Below are positions 1-15,389 of a DNA stretch of 64,000 nucleotides, one piece after another. The notes beneath the pieces were generated by a model, which was not told the DNA's origin, did no database searches, and saw only the letters and a list, made by a program, of their open reading frames with translations. The position numbers and the translations under genes were made by a program. The first letter of the stretch is position 1. Every line of letters starts with the position of its first letter. Origin of the DNA: Puccinia triticina (taxonomy: Eukaryota); contig CP110439.1 of NCBI GenBank assembly GCA_026914245.1, positions 2,852,001 through 2,916,000 of the forward strand, in the 5' to 3' direction.

Positions 1-274
1 GTAGAAGGACATGCAGGATAAGAGAACAGTTTTTTTTTGTCTCCATTGACGTGCCTCATGTGTACTTGTAGAGAGAACCATAGGAACTGAGTTCATGTGC
101 ACAGACCTGCTCTGGTCAAAATCCAAGATTCAAGACTAAGTGTATCTGAAGCTTTTTTCTGGAGTGGCAGAAGATTTGCTAAACATGTTAGACTCTGGAG
201 GTTAGCAAACTTAACTAAGTCCAAAAGTGGAGGTGCTTTGCACATCCACCGGAGGGACTCACACCATATTTGCA

Positions 275-463
275 GGGGGTTTCAAATATGGTGCAGGTCC
301 TGTTTCAGGAACCCCCAATTCACAAAATCAGGGCACCTGCAACACACCCACCCAATTTTACCCAAAAAACATACAGAAATAATTTGAAAATTCATTTTGC
401 AGGAAGTTTGTTTTCCTGAATTGGGGTTCCTGAACTGGGACCTGCACCATGTTTGAAACCCCC
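275..463. repeat. Inverted repeat pair (~47 bp arms), MITE/foldback remnant
   Basis: gggggtttcaaatatggtgcaggtcc..ggaacccccaattca (275-322) is the imperfect reverse complement of tgaattggggttcc..ggacctgcaccatgtttgaaaccccc (417-463). Confidence 0.6.
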
Positions 464-1913
464 TTAAGACGGAGAGCAACGGCCAAAAAACCCTTTTCCA
501 AGGAATTTTGCCATAGCTCCGGAACCACCAAATATTTCACCTAATTTTGACACAATCAGAAAGTCCTACATCTTGGCTAATTTTTGATGTGTACAAAGAC
601 CTCAAAAGCTGATGTATCTCTCAGGCCAAAATCACCTGTATTAGTAAGGCCTAAGTCCCTCCCGGAGGGAAGCCGGGACTTGATCAAGTCAGACAAGTCC
701 CTCCTGCGGAGGCTGTCGGAGGCTCGCTTCGCGAAATCACACGCCCGCATCAGCGAGGGGCTTTGTCAAGTTCGGCGTCCGGACGAAATTAGCCTGACCG
801 CTCGGTACATTTCTACAACAAAGCATGTCGGGCAACTGGCTGAATAATTATCTCTGACGCGTGACGCGAGAGAGGTTATTGGTCACGGTGGATTCCAGAG
901 TAAAGCTCAAGAGCAGGTTAGTTTGATGCCATTGTCGCTGAAAGTCCATCTTACCCACTCATTGGATACTCTCGTACAATGATGAACCGATCCGCGACCT
1001 GATCGTCTGAATATGTATCGGCGTTAGCATAAGCTATCTCCAACCCTTTCATATCTACACTAAATAGATGTATCGGGCCTTAACAGACCACCTGACTCTG
1101 GGTCAGATGGAGTTAAATATATGATATTGTTCCGAGTTGTGTCTATCGATACCCCCCGTTGATGGATGGATTCCTGAACCCTTTCTTGAGCTTTCTTGCC
1201 ATTCACCAAGTCTATCCCAGTATACTGGATGCGTGATTGCTTACACCATCGGCCTTTGTTGCATATAAGAACGCTGTGTGTAATTTGGTTGGGCGAGATG
1301 GATATCAATGTTGATCACCTGAAGCCTTTGTGGTTCTTGATATGCTAAGTGCTACATTGGTAGTGGTAGGTAAAGGGCTGATTTCGAAACAAAGGGATTT
1401 TTCCCGATGTACTTCGTCGTGGGTGCGCCTACAATGAGCCTTATGACATGTGTTCCGGTGATGTCCCGTCTGAACGGTTACCTTGAACCAGTTACCATAA
1501 TCGTATTTTGGGAGGTTGTCGGGCGGGTTTTAGCAGTCAAGGCATATTTGAGTCTAGAGAATTCCTTTTGTTTTCCTGGTACAACTCTTCGGCTCAGGCG
1601 ATCCATCCCAGTCATTCTAGACGGAATTATCCATCGAAGGGAATATTAATTCATTTAGCTGGAACCCTTTTACCCAAGTGCCCCCGGACTAAGAGACATA
1701 GGAATTTGTCGTTGTCGACTCTCGATTCCCTTCCTCCAAAATCCAACCCACGGCCAGTCATTATAACATCTCGACCACTGGCAGTGCTGTTATCTTTCCG
1801 CATATTCCACTCAAGCCAGTTTATACCTTGGTGACTTGACGAGTCTTTCTTCCAACCAACGCCTTCGTTCAAAACAGCCGTTGCCTAAATCCCAATCCCA
1901 AACTTGACCTACA

Positions 1914-2842
1914 ATGAGCTGCCGTCCTGTTTCGCGCACCCGACTGCATGTCCTATACACCACCCCACTCCTACTAGGCGTGATATGTCTCATCTTGATT
2001 ATCTTTTCGCTCTGTGGACTTGTCCCTTGGAAGCAGTCGAGTGGAACAATTATGGTCATCCATCGCACGTCTTCCGACGCGCAGAATAACCATACCGCGT
2101 CGTTCCACTTTGGCTTACTAGGTCACTTCCCATCTGAATTTGCTTCAATTCTTAATGATTCTTCATCTTTCGGTTCTGACACTACCGACTGCCCTGATGA
2201 CCATAGGTTCGTGCTATCAAGCAGCAGCCGGGGACCAGCTCCATTGTACACCCGCCGCGTTTCCACCCGATTACAACACGACAATCTTGCGAGGTGGCAA
2301 GGATATCAATGCAGAACATCTGGAAATCATGATGCCCGACCTGCCTCCAGTCTTCTTCACTTGGTGGCTCATTTCAATTGTAGCGTTACTCTGCCACATA
2401 GTCGGCTGTCTGCCTGTCTACGCTCCTGAAAAACTCAGCCAGCACAGGTTTCGGAGTCAAAAGCTTTTCTCGGCGACACTATGGATCCTGGGGATCGGTT
2501 GGACTCTTGGATTTTCAGCCGTCTTATCGTTGGCTTGCTTTGTAAGTCTTGCTGCGACGTCAGAAGCAGATGTCATCCAGTGCCACCCCATCCTCTAAAA
2601 CTCACAAAGCACTCCTCGGAACACAGGTCGAGGGTTTTGGAGACGAGTATAACCTTTTCTCAGCCGGCTATGTGTACAATCAAGCGTCGGCGGGACACAT
2701 CTTCGTACCGCTGACAATCGCGATGGTAGTTCAAGTTATAATTGGCCTTGCCATCGTAGTCCAAATTTCCAACGCACCAAACAAAGATGCAGGCGAATTT
2801 CATTCTTCTTGGACAGATCATCTACGGGTTACGGGTCCATAA
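1914..2842 (+). CDS. SUR7/PalI-like multi-pass membrane protein (3 exons)
   Basis: N-terminal TM segment, FGLLG|SC..C motif joined across a GT-AG intron (~2122-2206), three further hydrophobic helices, last exon ~2627-2842. Confidence 0.6.
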
Positions 2843-3310
2843 GCGGATTGTTGCCGCGTAGTCAGAAATATCCCTACTTAAATACATACTCGCATCTTTC
2901 TTGTTGTGTTCCTAGGAAACTTTTTCAATGGTCTTTAATGTTGTAATACGTATATGTATTCTAGATGAGCATCACACCCATCATCTTCCTAGCTTTCACA
3001 CATATGTAAAACACCCAGCTAGGCATTCACCTTGTTTGACTAGAAATTTTGGCCCAATGCATTTTGCCTGTTGTGATTCAGTTTATATCATATATTAAAC
3101 CGGAAATGGAAACCCCGGTGGATATTGCACCTGACAGAGAAGGAAATGATTATGTTTCCTTTGGTATTATTTGTTTAGACTACATCAAGTGAACCACAAG
3201 ACCTGTGATCTCCCTGGCTAAAAAAATGCTAACAAATTGCTTTCACCCTGTCAATAATTATCAAACAAGTTACAGCCCGGGGCGCAAAAGATGTGACTTC
3301 AAAAGACAAA

Positions 3311-3409
3311 TCCCCCGAGCCGGGATCGAACCAGCGACCTCAAGATGATCTTACGGAATCCTCTTACAGCCATTACAGTCTCGCGCTCTTCCAACTGAGC
3401 TATCGGGGG
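3311..3409 (-). tRNA. tRNA-Tyr (GTA), intron-containing
   Basis: Minus strand CCCCCGA-TAGCTCAGTTGGAAGAGC-GCGAGACTGTAA-[intron]-ATCTTGAGGTCGCTGGTTCGATCCCGGC-TCGGGGGA; A/B boxes and stems intact. Confidence 0.92.
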
Positions 3410-4399
3410 AAGCCATGGAGAATTGCCGGCAAGTCGCGTATAAATACCAACTATGATTTAAATTGGTGGTTCTTGGCAGTTCCAAGCTTCAGCCTATATC
3501 AACTTGTTTATTGTTACGTATCGCTCAGTTTTTACCCATGTGGCTGTAGTCTACATTGACGCGTTTCCCCTTGTCCTCCAACGCCCATTCAGGGATTTTT
3601 TAAACACGAAATCCAAAAATCCTGGCGAGTTTTCAATTTTACTTTACACACATTTATGTGCAAATTTGTCTACGTAAACTAATGTACGACAAGGATTCAT
3701 GAACATAGAGTTATTGATTGGATTGCTAATGATAAGATCTGATAATGTGATGTCAGCATGAACAACCAATGACTGAGTGTGTAACAAACCCAAAAACAAG
3801 ACCGAGAGAATCGAGTCTAATCAAGTGCTAATCGTGATTTACACACATATAAATAAAGCTGAGAAGTTAATACAAACAAACAAATAAATGATGAAGGAGG
3901 GGGAATGACTAAGTGGGGAAAGGAATGTGGTTTTTTGGAGGTAGGAGGGGAGAAGAGAGACGAGTGAAAATGACTGCAACGAGCCGATTTGTCTTTTTCT
4001 CTGTTTGATTATAACGGGTGGGTAAATAAGTAAGTTTTTTTGTTGCTTTGGTTTTTGTCTGCCAACCTCCTTTACGCTTGCTTCCTTCCGAACGAACTTG
4101 TTCTCTCTATGTTAGTTTACTCTAGTTTATTTGATTGAGTGGGGGTGAATAAAACAGAAAGTACCGAAAATGAGAAATCGGTAAATAAATAACCCCCCGT
4201 AAGAATGAGCTGAAATTGGATTAGTGAAGAGATCAGTATCTTGTCTAGTATTTTTTTTTCTTGATTGGCTTGTTTTCAGTGGAATATCACCAGAATGGAT
4301 TGAGTAGTGTGTGGGAAGACTTTGATATTTTGAAGAGGTTGTGTTATCGGGGGTTAGTCGACGAAGTCAAATGTTGAGATCAAAGCCGAGGGAGTACGG

Positions 4400-6429
4400 C
4401 TACGAGACTCGGCGTCTATGTTTTGAAGGCGTTCCATTTGTGATTTGAAATATCTTCTCGATACTTTCTCGGATTCGGGAGACGCTGACCAAGCCACCGA
4501 ATAATAGGGGTAAGAGACGAAAACAGTACGAAAACCAGACCATGTCAGCCAAAAAAAAAAAGACGACGCTGATAACATAGCGCAGATACTGCTTACTTGT
4601 ACTCAATCAAAGTACCCTGAGTGCGCATGATTTCTTCGTGTGTGATACAAACTAGAGTAAGATACTGATTTATTTCGTAGTATGAGATCACCCGTCCGGG
4701 CTGTTCGATACCTGGCATACCAACCCCGCGGGGTCCACCAAAGCTTGTGTCGACCTTGACCTGGCTCGTAATCATTCTCCTGCCCGCGGTATTCGGCGGT
4801 TTTTTGGTCGGATCTAGAGCGACCGAGGATGATCGAGTGGCTGGGCTCAATTCTGATGCCCTGCCACGACTGGCGCTACGCTTGCTGTGCGAACCGTCGG
4901 GAACCCGTGGAGGAACCATGGGTAGACTCTTTCCTAATCCATTGGTCATCGAGGTAGGTCTTGTGACTGGCGAGATCTGCTGTGGTACTCCATAGAGTTC
5001 CGAAAGGTCTGTGAATATATCCATGAATTCAGTGCACATCTCTAGCAGCGGCTTCTCTGTGGGTGACGAATCCGTGGCGATATATAGTTTGGTCCAGGTG
5101 TCAAACTGCAAAAGAAGAAAAAACAACCACTTGGTAAGTCCGGGGATCGATTGATCAGGGATCACATCCAAAAAAAAGCTTTGGCGACTCACAAGAATGC
5201 AGTTCTCGACTCCACTCTGCTGAGCAAGCAGATTCATCAGATGTTCAAGAGCCGCTTGTTGGGGGACGATTTTCATAATCACTCGACTCAGGGCATCGTA
5301 GATAGAGTAATCAAAAACAGTCGTGAGCTTGTACGTTATCCGATGACTGAGTTCGATGGCAATTGTTGGAACGCCGTAGATTGATAATTCTCGATCCGAT
5401 AGTTCGTCCGTCAGGCGATCTTTAACTTGCTCAATGATTTCTGCATTATCCGAGTGAGTAGAGTCAGTCTACAATATAAGCTTGACAGATAAATGTGAAG
5501 ACGTGGGAGGCAATTCGGGATGTAGTCGCAAGAATCAGGTAGGGAAGCTTGTCCTGGGACCATGCGTAAAGGTTTGACAGACACTGTAAATACTTACCGC
5601 TTCGGTAGTCAGGGGTAACAGCATCAATCTTGTGCATGAAGATCTCAAAGTGAAGCGCCGGGTTAGTCTGATAAGCCTGTATCACGGTTGATGCCAATTG
5701 TGGAATGGTGCTGAGGTAACTAGACTTGAAGAACGAGATCGCAGGATGAGCCTACATTCGCGCGAGATGCGCTCGAAGCTTTTGATACCACGCAAAGCTG
5801 GCAGCGCTTCACATCGGGATCTAAGATTTCGAAGAACGACTGACTTGAGCATCGATCACAAAGATGACGGCTCCCACGTGTGCGAATGGCAGGGTTAGCC
5901 CATCTGAATCCAGCGGTCCGGGCAAGTCCCAGATCTCAAAATCGATAAAAGATCTGGTGATAAAAACGCAAGATTACAGTATGAGCTATACGTGCATCAA
6001 GGCAATCGCATCGGATCCAGGTGAATTTACTTGATGTCATCCTGAGTGATTCTTCTGGTTGTTTCGAGATGGAGGGTCTGGTCTGGTTGGAGCTAAGTCA
6101 TGAGTAAAATAGAGCAACTTGAGTTTCTGATGGTGAATGATCTCAAGTCTATAGGGACTCACCTTATGAAAGACAACCTCTCGAATTGAAGACTTTCCAC
6201 CACTTGAGTCGAGCACACATCAATCGGAGTATCGGAGGAGTAAAATTAATCAACACATTCAGTCAGAAGGACACAGCACAACACTGCTATTGAGGCAAGA
6301 TAGCCGCACTTACCTGCGTGGGCCCATGAAGAGTAGCTTTGGACGATCGGGACGCGAGCCTTCGGATGCGGGAAGACCAAGGGCAGATGGGGTAGTCTGC
6401 GTCCGCAACGAAGATATCGAGCCATCCAT
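4400..6429 (-). CDS. GTR2: Rag C/D small GTPase (Gtr1_RagA family), multi-exon
   Basis: Spliced P-loop region LLFMGPR|SGKSSIREVVFHK, FEIWDLPG, FEIFMHKID, FDTWTKLYIATDSSP, C-terminal roadblock region. Confidence 0.88.
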
Positions 6430-6989
6430 CCTGGTGTAGTATTTTCAATCTGCGATTGAGATCGCTCGGATTCCAATTGGGCTTGGCTTGGCTCGGGGCG
6501 GAAATCGGCTATGGCCAGGGCGCAGTCTTCGGTTTCGTTCAAGCGTCGGTCTTCCTCCGCCTGTAGGGTCTGTTTATTGTCGGTCTTGACGGTTTCATTA
6601 GATGTATGAATCGGCCGGCGGGGACTTGGCCAAGTGGCCATCCCCCAACCTGACCGAAATATGTCTTCGGCTCGGGGATGGCCGGGTAATCCCCTCAACC
6701 CGGGTGTCCCTTCCTCTCAACGAGTTGCACTTCCCAACATAATTCAGGAGATTCAGCCAGCTTACGCTCGCTACTCCTCCCAGAAATGCTCAACCTTGAA
6801 TACAATAGTGGATGGACTGAGCAGCATCGATCCTCACTGATCTGGGAATGAAGGCATCCTTGTGCATACATTATTAATTCTAGAGCTTAGAGCGAAGGCT
6901 TATGGAAATCATACAACTGCAATAGTGGAGGCGAAGAACTACAAACTTATGCGAAGAGTTTTAAGGAAGAAAGTTGGGGAAACAAGGGT

Positions 6990-7476
6990 TTAAGCTCCGA
7001 AGCCGTAGAGTGTTCGACCCTGTCGTTTGAGGGCGTAAACGACGTCGAGCGAGGTGACTGTTTTCCGCTTGGCATGTTCAGTGTAAGTGACCGAGTCCCT
7101 GATGACATTCTCCAGGAAGATCTGCGTTGTGGAGTAAAGGTCAGCTAGCCTGTTCTGCATGAAGAACCGTGGAATTGCCGGCTGTGAGTTCAAGAAATAG
7201 GGGGAGCCACTGACTTTGAGAACTCCTCGAGTCTCCTCATAGATCAGACCGGAGATCCGTTTGACCCCTCCTCGTCGAGCGAGTCTTCGAATGGCAGGCT
7301 TGGTGATTCCTTGGATGTTGTCTCGCAGGATCTTGCGGTGACCTGAAATGATTCAACAGGGTGATGACAGGTCAGGAGGAGATGCAGCGGTAATTGCAAG
7401 GAGAGAGTGGAGATAACACACGTTTGGCACCGCCCTTTCCGAGACCTTTGCCGCCGCTTTTACCACGTCCGGACAT
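6990..7476 (-). CDS. HHF1: Histone H4 (2 introns)
   Basis: [70 protein letters not shown]...TLYGFGA*. Confidence 0.98.
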
Positions 7477-8625
<1,149 letters not shown>

Positions 8626-9032
8626 CCAGGGATCCAAAATACATAATACCCAGTTGTTTATCTCTTGCTCATCTCTGTTCTGTCTCCTGTGTAGTGATCA
8701 CCTTGTACTATTCTCTTGCTAATCATCAAGCCTTTCAAAGAGTTCTGATGTTGAAAAACATAATATTTAGTACATGACACGACATTCGGTTTCAAGGTGT
8801 GGCTGAACCGCCGAGTCAGGCCGAGTTCCTTCAGACACTATTACATTCAAAATCGTTCCATGAGCATGCGAGAGGTAAAACGCTATCGTGAAGGTGTGAA
8901 TCGTTGCCCATTTGACGATACTATAGCGGAGCCTGCCGATTTTCTCGTCTAGCCACTTGACTCCTATTGAATCTCGGGAGCCCCTGGGCAACACACAAAA
9001 AGGATCAGGCAGCAAGTGCCATGGTGTTCCAG

Positions 9033-9069
<37 letters not shown>

Positions 9070-9076
9070 CGCCGGA

Positions 9077-9112
<36 letters not shown>
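9033..9112 (-). tRNA. tRNA-Gly (GCC) with short intron
   Basis: Minus strand GCGTTGT-TAGGCTAGCGGTAAACT-GGGGCC-TTGCCA-[~9 nt]-GGCCT-CGTC-AGGGGTTCGACTCCCCT-ACAACGC-A. Confidence 0.8.
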
Positions 9113-9442
9113 TGTGACGTGAGTGGTCATGTAGCAATACAGTTTGCCGTCACAGTCTGCGACGGCCCACGATGCGATGCTGTTTGGCTTATTGCAACGT
9201 GTCTGGACAAAGGTTGTCGGGCGGGCACAAGGACTGGGTGATACATAAGCTGGAGGGACAACCTTCATCATCCAGCGACGAAACCCAAACGAAGCTCCCC
9301 CACCCACTCGAGCACTAACTCTGCAGGATCCGGACTTGCGCGCCCGGCAGGATCCTCCGGCCAACTGGATATTCAGAGAGCGCATACACCCCCAGACGCA
9401 CGCACCTCTTCTCGGATCGGCTGCTTGGCTTGCAGTGACGTG

Positions 9443-10805
9443 ATGACAGCAGCCTCGACGACAGACGAGCGGGCGACGGAGGCCAACAACCCGAGCGGGG
9501 CGGCGGTGGGCCCCCGGAAGAGCCGGCCGGCCACGGACCTTCTGTTCCGTCTGCGGCCCCGGCCGAGCACGATCATCATGTCCCTTCTGGCCCTCCGAGT
9601 GGCCAGACACGCCCGGTCGACCGGCCCGGTCCGCAGGCTCTTGCAGTCGCTCGCCCTCGCGCTCGCCGTCCTCAATTGGCGCATCCTCCCCTTCTACTGG
9701 CACGCTATGACCCTCGTCTTCCCCATCCTCAAGGCTAAACTCCTCCGCTGGAAACTCGGCTCCTCCACCGCCGCTTTCGTCTCCCATCTGGGCGTCCTGG
9801 GCAGAAGCCCGTTCGAGGCTCGCATCGTCTCCAAGCATTGTGCCACCTGGAATTCCTGTCAGTCCATCCTTAATATATTTTCATTCCCATGGAATGTACT
9901 CAAGAAGAAGCATTATTCCTCTGTGTGTGTTTTTTCGAATGGAACAGGCGATTTTATGTTGCACATGTCTAACTCGGCCTATGCGATTGCCCTGGACGAA
10001 GCACGAGCGATGTGGCAGATCCAGATGATTGGGGCGGCAATGCGAGCGGACCACGAGCGGGTCCGACCCATGATAGCTTCGACCCACTTTACCTACTTCG
10101 CCGAAATCCCAGTAAGAAATCATATCTGATGCTCTTTGGAATCTGCCCCAATCCGGCCATTTGTCTGATGATCTGTTTCTTCTGCTTTTCATGTAGATCC
10201 TAGCTGACTTTGAGGTAGAGTTCCGCCCGGTTGCGTGGGACCAGAAATGGGTGACTATCCTCATCGTTCTCTCCGTCAATCACAGACGCTTGACATCTGA
10301 CCCACTTGTTGCGCTGCCCGTCCTACCTCAGCTCTACCTTTTGGCGACATTCACAACCGACCCACCCAAAGGATCCCAGACCCGCACTCTGAACGTGAGC
10401 CCTTTTATAAGTCTGGGACTTGTCTGTGATATACAAGCGGCCGCGACTGACAAAGATCCGGATGTGGCCCACGTTCTGTTGCAGTGCCTATCGATAACCC
10501 GGATGGTGAACAAGGTCGGCCGACGGACGGTGCGCCCTGAACGACTGATGGGCCTGAGCGGCCTCGGCCTGGAAGCCTCACAATGGGACACACTCGCCCG
10601 GCTCCGGCTCCGGGACGATGGCACCCATCACCCAACTTCCTCCAACAGCTATAACCTCAACCCTGCCCAGGAATGGCTCGTCTCGCCCGAACCCTTCGAG
10701 CCTTTCCAAAAGTATGAATCCCTCCGGCTCAAAAACCTCGAGATCATTCGGACTGGTTTGGACGGTGATCTCAAGACCGGCGCCGAACGATTGAAAGAAT
10801 TGTAA
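9443..10805 (+). CDS. HotDog-fold thioesterase-like protein, multi-exon
   Basis: DFMLHMSNSAYAIALDEAR, ASTHFTYFAEIP, VAWDQKW motifs typical of fungal thioesterase-family proteins. Confidence 0.75.
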
Positions 10806-11865
10806 AATACATGCATAGAGTTATCTGATTTTTGGGGCATTGTTTTGGGAGCACTTTTCCATCTTGTGTATCTTTTTCCTTCTCCTTCTGATCCAAATGA
10901 TTTTATGTTTCTTGCATGACTGCTGGTGAATGTGCAATCCCGGCGAGCTAGATTTCTTCCTTATTTGTAGAGCTTTGAATTCTCTCTGATGCTCAAAAGT
11001 ATGATAGTTCAATAGATTAACGGGAAATACAACTCTTGACACACCCATCCATCAACGGCCCGATCTGACGTTTAAAAAGCTTCACAAGCTTGAGACAATT
11101 GGGAAGGCAAGATTGCTGAAAACACATGGCCAGATGCACAAACTAAAAAACACAAGCATAAACACACATTATATTCGTAGAGGAACAACTTGATATACAC
11201 TTATCACAAGAAAGAACCTGGCTCCAGAGCGCTCAAGAAAAGCCCGATAGGTTAAGATACTATTACTAGGAACAAACTGCATTTTTTTGGGGAAGATAAA
11301 TACTTGATAGGTATATAAATATATACATTACTGATAATGATACTGAAAGATACATAAAATGAGAGAAATTTACAAACTATGCTCGGGTACCTTTCTCCGA
11401 AATGAAAAACAAACAAACAAGAAACAAACAAAACGCACATCAAGTCAAGACAAAACAAAACAAAGAGCTATAGAGAGCATCATGGCAGAGAGAGCCAACA
11501 TGAGAGTAAGTTTTTTTTAGGGCCGGAAGTCTGACTAACGAGACACGGCAAGTATACTAGTGATTTCTGTAAGGTATGGAAGCGATCAAAAAAAGGCGGC
11601 AGTCAGAGAGGATGAGGAGGGAAGAGGCTGCTACATGACGAGTCTGATAGAGGATCGATTGAGGGAAGGCAGCGGGGAAGAGCCGGGTCGGATGGAGGAG
11701 CGAGGCCAGAGCAGATCGAGCGCGTCGGGCTCGGCGGACGGGACGGCAAGGGAGCTGCTGGTCTTGCGGGTCGGCGCCGAGGGTCCCCCGCTTTCGGGGT
11801 TCCTTCTCATCTTCTCTTCTTCTTCATTCGTCGCCCATGATGCTGCATTTCATATCGTGTTCATA

Positions 11866-11887
11866 AACACACACACACACACACACA
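11866..11887. repeat. (CA)n microsatellite
   Basis: Run of about 11 AC units. Confidence 0.9.
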
Positions 11888-12273
11888 TAGTAATACATGG
11901 GGTCAATCTCCGAGATAATCGTTCATGGTCAGTAAAACAAGAGATGGAACAAGAGACATTTGGATAAATCATGGTTTTCTTTTTCAGTGTGACATGTCCA
12001 CTGTTTTTTTTTTTCTGATAGTAACTATATAACTGTACTTTTTGGTGTATGGCGTAGCTTTCGACTTGACAGAATAGATTTACAAGAGGAAAAGCCACAT
12101 GTCTATGGGATGAGAGTTTTGGCGATAGGAATGGAGGGAGGGATCGGCGGGGGGGCAGATAAAAGGATATATGTGTATGCAGACACGAGTGTGCTTACTA
12201 ACACAAGACTGAACAGAACAGAAAAATGATGGAGAGATAGGATAGAGAAGCAGGGAGGAAAAGCAGGGGAGGA

Positions 12274-14845
12274 TCAGAAAGGAGCCATGTACAGACCTCG
12301 TTTAGATCTGCGACTAGCCAGGGCTTTGAAGACTTCTTTGCGCGCGGCCTTGAAGTCGGCGATCCAAGCGGCGCAAGCGCGCTGTCCGTCTTGGGTTTTG
12401 AGGGCGAAGGACTCGGAGTTATGGACGATCGTGAAGCTGTGCTCGTCTTTCCCGGGCATCAGCTGGCACTCTTCGAGGGCCATCGGGGCGCGGTACATCA
12501 CCAGCTGGCCTGCGCTCCGGCGGGTCTGGCTGCTCTCTAACAGGCCCGTCGACTTCGCGAGCAGGAAGAAGTCGTTGAATAGGTACGCCCGGAACGTCTT
12601 CCGTGACCGCGCCTTCGTCAGCACGCCCTCCCTGATCAGCCGTCGGGGCCCAACAAACCGAGTCATCGTCGCTAGATTCAACCTCTGCTCACACACAAAA
12701 TCGTCCGGCAAAAACAAGACTGTCAGTACCAACTCTGTCGATGTAGAAATGAGTAGAGGGGTCGATAATGGTCAAGGAAGGGTAGAACGAACAGCATCGC
12801 TGTCGGGAATCATCAGCTGTTCGGATAAAGTGGCCAGGGCGATTTCGTCTTCTTGTCTCCTGATCGCTTCGTTCGTCGCCGTGAGGACCTGTTGGACCCT
12901 CTTTAAAGCGTTAGCCAGGCGGTTGTAGTCTGAGGATCCTTCATCGGTGTATTTCATAATCTGGATATGAGGGAGAGATTTGTCTTAGTATTCCATGGGC
13001 ATGAGAGGGGAGGTATAGGCAGATCAGGAAGGTTGCTCACCTGAGCGATCAGAAGGGGGTACCGGGTCAGTCTTTGCATGGGCTGAAGCAGATAGTGCTC
13101 GAGCTCGAGGCCCTTGACTTTGAGACCATTAAGACGATGGGCGACGGAGGGTTTCAGTTTCAAGTGAGAGAGCGTGCGGGAGGCATTAGCCTGGTTACTG
13201 CAGTAGGGTCTAAACACCTCGACACCCTGGATGTAGTCGAGCACGATATCGGCGACGGTGTCGATCTGGGGGCCCGCCTGGGCCTGGCGGCGCTCCAGGG
13301 CGCTCACAAACGTCGTTCCAAACAGCATGATCTCCTCGATGTTCGCAAAGATTATCGTCGCCGCTCGGACCCCGATCAGCGGCTCTAACTCCCGGTAGAA
13401 CACCTGCGAGAGGATCTGGCAGTTCTCTACAAACGCCGCCTCCGTCTGGATCAGCTCGTATATCGCTTCCTGGCGGTTCTTCTCCTTCTCGGAATAGAGC
13501 GACAGCGTCATCGGGTCCATCGAACTGGACCAGGTCCGCTTGGATAGGTCCACATAAATCAGAGCTGGTGTGTTAGTCTTGAGGAGATATGTCAGGAGAG
13601 GATAGTCGAGGAAAAAGCTTACGTTTCCAGGATGGCCATTTAGTTGAGGAGAAGGTATGATGGAAGGAAGCGCGAGGTTACTAGCGGCTGAGGGCCGCCG
13701 AGGTTGAGGGTGTTCATCGACTGTATGGATGGGCCCGCTGACAGAAGGCCGACGTCTATCGGGGGAGTTGCCGGTACTGCTGGCGGCAGACTGGCGCCTG
13801 TCGGGCAGCCATATGTTGCCGGAGGAGGAGTGGGTGGTCGCCGAGGAGACTGTTTTCGACATCCCTGAGAGCCACGAGCGGAAGCCACTGCTGGTCGACG
13901 AAACCGCTGAGCCTGAGCTCGACGGCCGGTGACGAGGGATCGAGCGCGAATCCTGCGGAGCACGATGCGGCTTGAGCTGCTCGGAACTCGGCCGGTTTCC
14001 TGATATTGTCCGGGACCCATTCCTGTTGCGGGTCGACTGCCAAGCTGAGGAGACTGATAGCCCTGAACAAGAGGGGTCCTGTTGGCTGTACATGTAAGAA
14101 AGATTGGCTCGCATCAGACTACAGAATCTGTACAAGCTTCCCGAGGATAACACGCACATGTTCAGGTATCTTGCGAAGGCCGCTTCCATTTTAGACAGTG
14201 GATCATCATGATCATGCTCGCAATCCGGAGCTCTGGATGGGGGGGATGTTCGAGGACTGATTGGGCCGTCGTTATCAGGCTGATGGTAATGCCGGGCTCT
14301 TGAGGCGGAGGATGGTGGAGGACTGGGGGTAGACTGGCGGGGGAGTGGTGGCGTGTCAGTCGGGATGGCTGGAAGGAAGGAGACGGAGGGGGCGGCGGAG
14401 CGGGGGAGCGGGGGCAGCAGCTGCTGCCGTTTGGTAATAGGCCGTTGGACGAGGCCGGCAGCGGCCAGGAACTGGAGGCGCTCGGAGTGCGCTGCAGCCA
14501 TCTGGTGGGCGTCTTCGCTGTCGGAGTCTGATGCTGCGCTGAGTTCCTGGGGGTGGGGGTGGGGGTGGGAGTGCTGCATGGCGGGCGGCTGCTGGGATGG
14601 GCTGGCCGGGGGTGAGGCTGGATGGATGTGGGGCGGCATTATAGCAGCTGACAGGGGCAGTGCACTGGCTGGCTGGCTGGGCGGTGTCAGGACAAGCGAG
14701 GGTGTCGGGCGGGGCTCATGACGCGCTGGCGTGGAGGGCGATGCAGGCGAGCGCAGGGGCTGGGGCGGCGACGACTGCTGGGAACGCACTCGGGCGTCGG
14801 TGGCTGGACCACCCAGTCCCAGTCTCTGTGGATTCCGAGGATGGC
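12274..14845 (-). CDS. RhoGEF (DH) + PH domain exons; probably the long-isoform C-terminus of the upstream intersectin-like gene, or a separate gene starting ~14640
   Basis: RQEAIYELIQTEAAFV, IFANIEEI, YCSNQ, LEHYLLQPMQRLTRYPLLI (DH); RRLIREGVLTKA..AYLFNDFFLL..W (PH). Confidence 0.85.
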
Positions 14846-15389
14846 CTGGGGGAGTGGAGTCGGGGCCAGGCGGAGTGATCCAGATGAGGGGGCGGGTGGC
14901 GCCGGCGGCGGAGTCAGACGAGCGGGCGGCACAGCAGCGATGACGACACCACGCCAGCCGAGGTCGGACCGAAGCGGGTGGCCGCGGGCACAAGACAGAT
15001 TGCAGCCGGAGCCAGGCGGAGGGGAGAAGGAAAAACAAGCATCAACACACTGCCAATCAGATCCACAGGGCTATACATGAGGCTACATGTCATTGTACAT
15101 AGGCTTGCTTGACTCGACTCGCAGACAAAATGACAAATGAATTCATTTAATCACAACTTAATCTGCAGCATGGACGAGTAGAAAAACAACAATCATGAGA
15201 ATAATAATAGTGATATCTCTATTGTATGTAAATAGATGGATTTGCGCTCATTCATAGCAGAAACCGAGGCAAGTAAGATTTGATGTTCTTAAGAATCAGA
15301 AGAAAAGAACAACAGCACCACACATGACGACAGGAAGCAGGAAGAAGGAATGGGAGGTCGTCTCGATGTGCACCAGCACGACCAGCTAA

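Noticed and set aside
1060..1872. Possible spliced minus-strand gene or copia remnant (RRSTSG-like string)
   Set aside because: No other RT/RNase H motifs and no recognisable product. A hypothetical gene cannot be excluded.
11630..11850. GC-rich segment as an extra last exon of the RhoGEF
   Set aside because: No convincing splice junction or domain could be established.
15039..15056. Nearer acceptor (CTGATTGGCAG) for the long intersectin isoform
   Set aside because: Splicing there hits an in-frame TGA two codons later.
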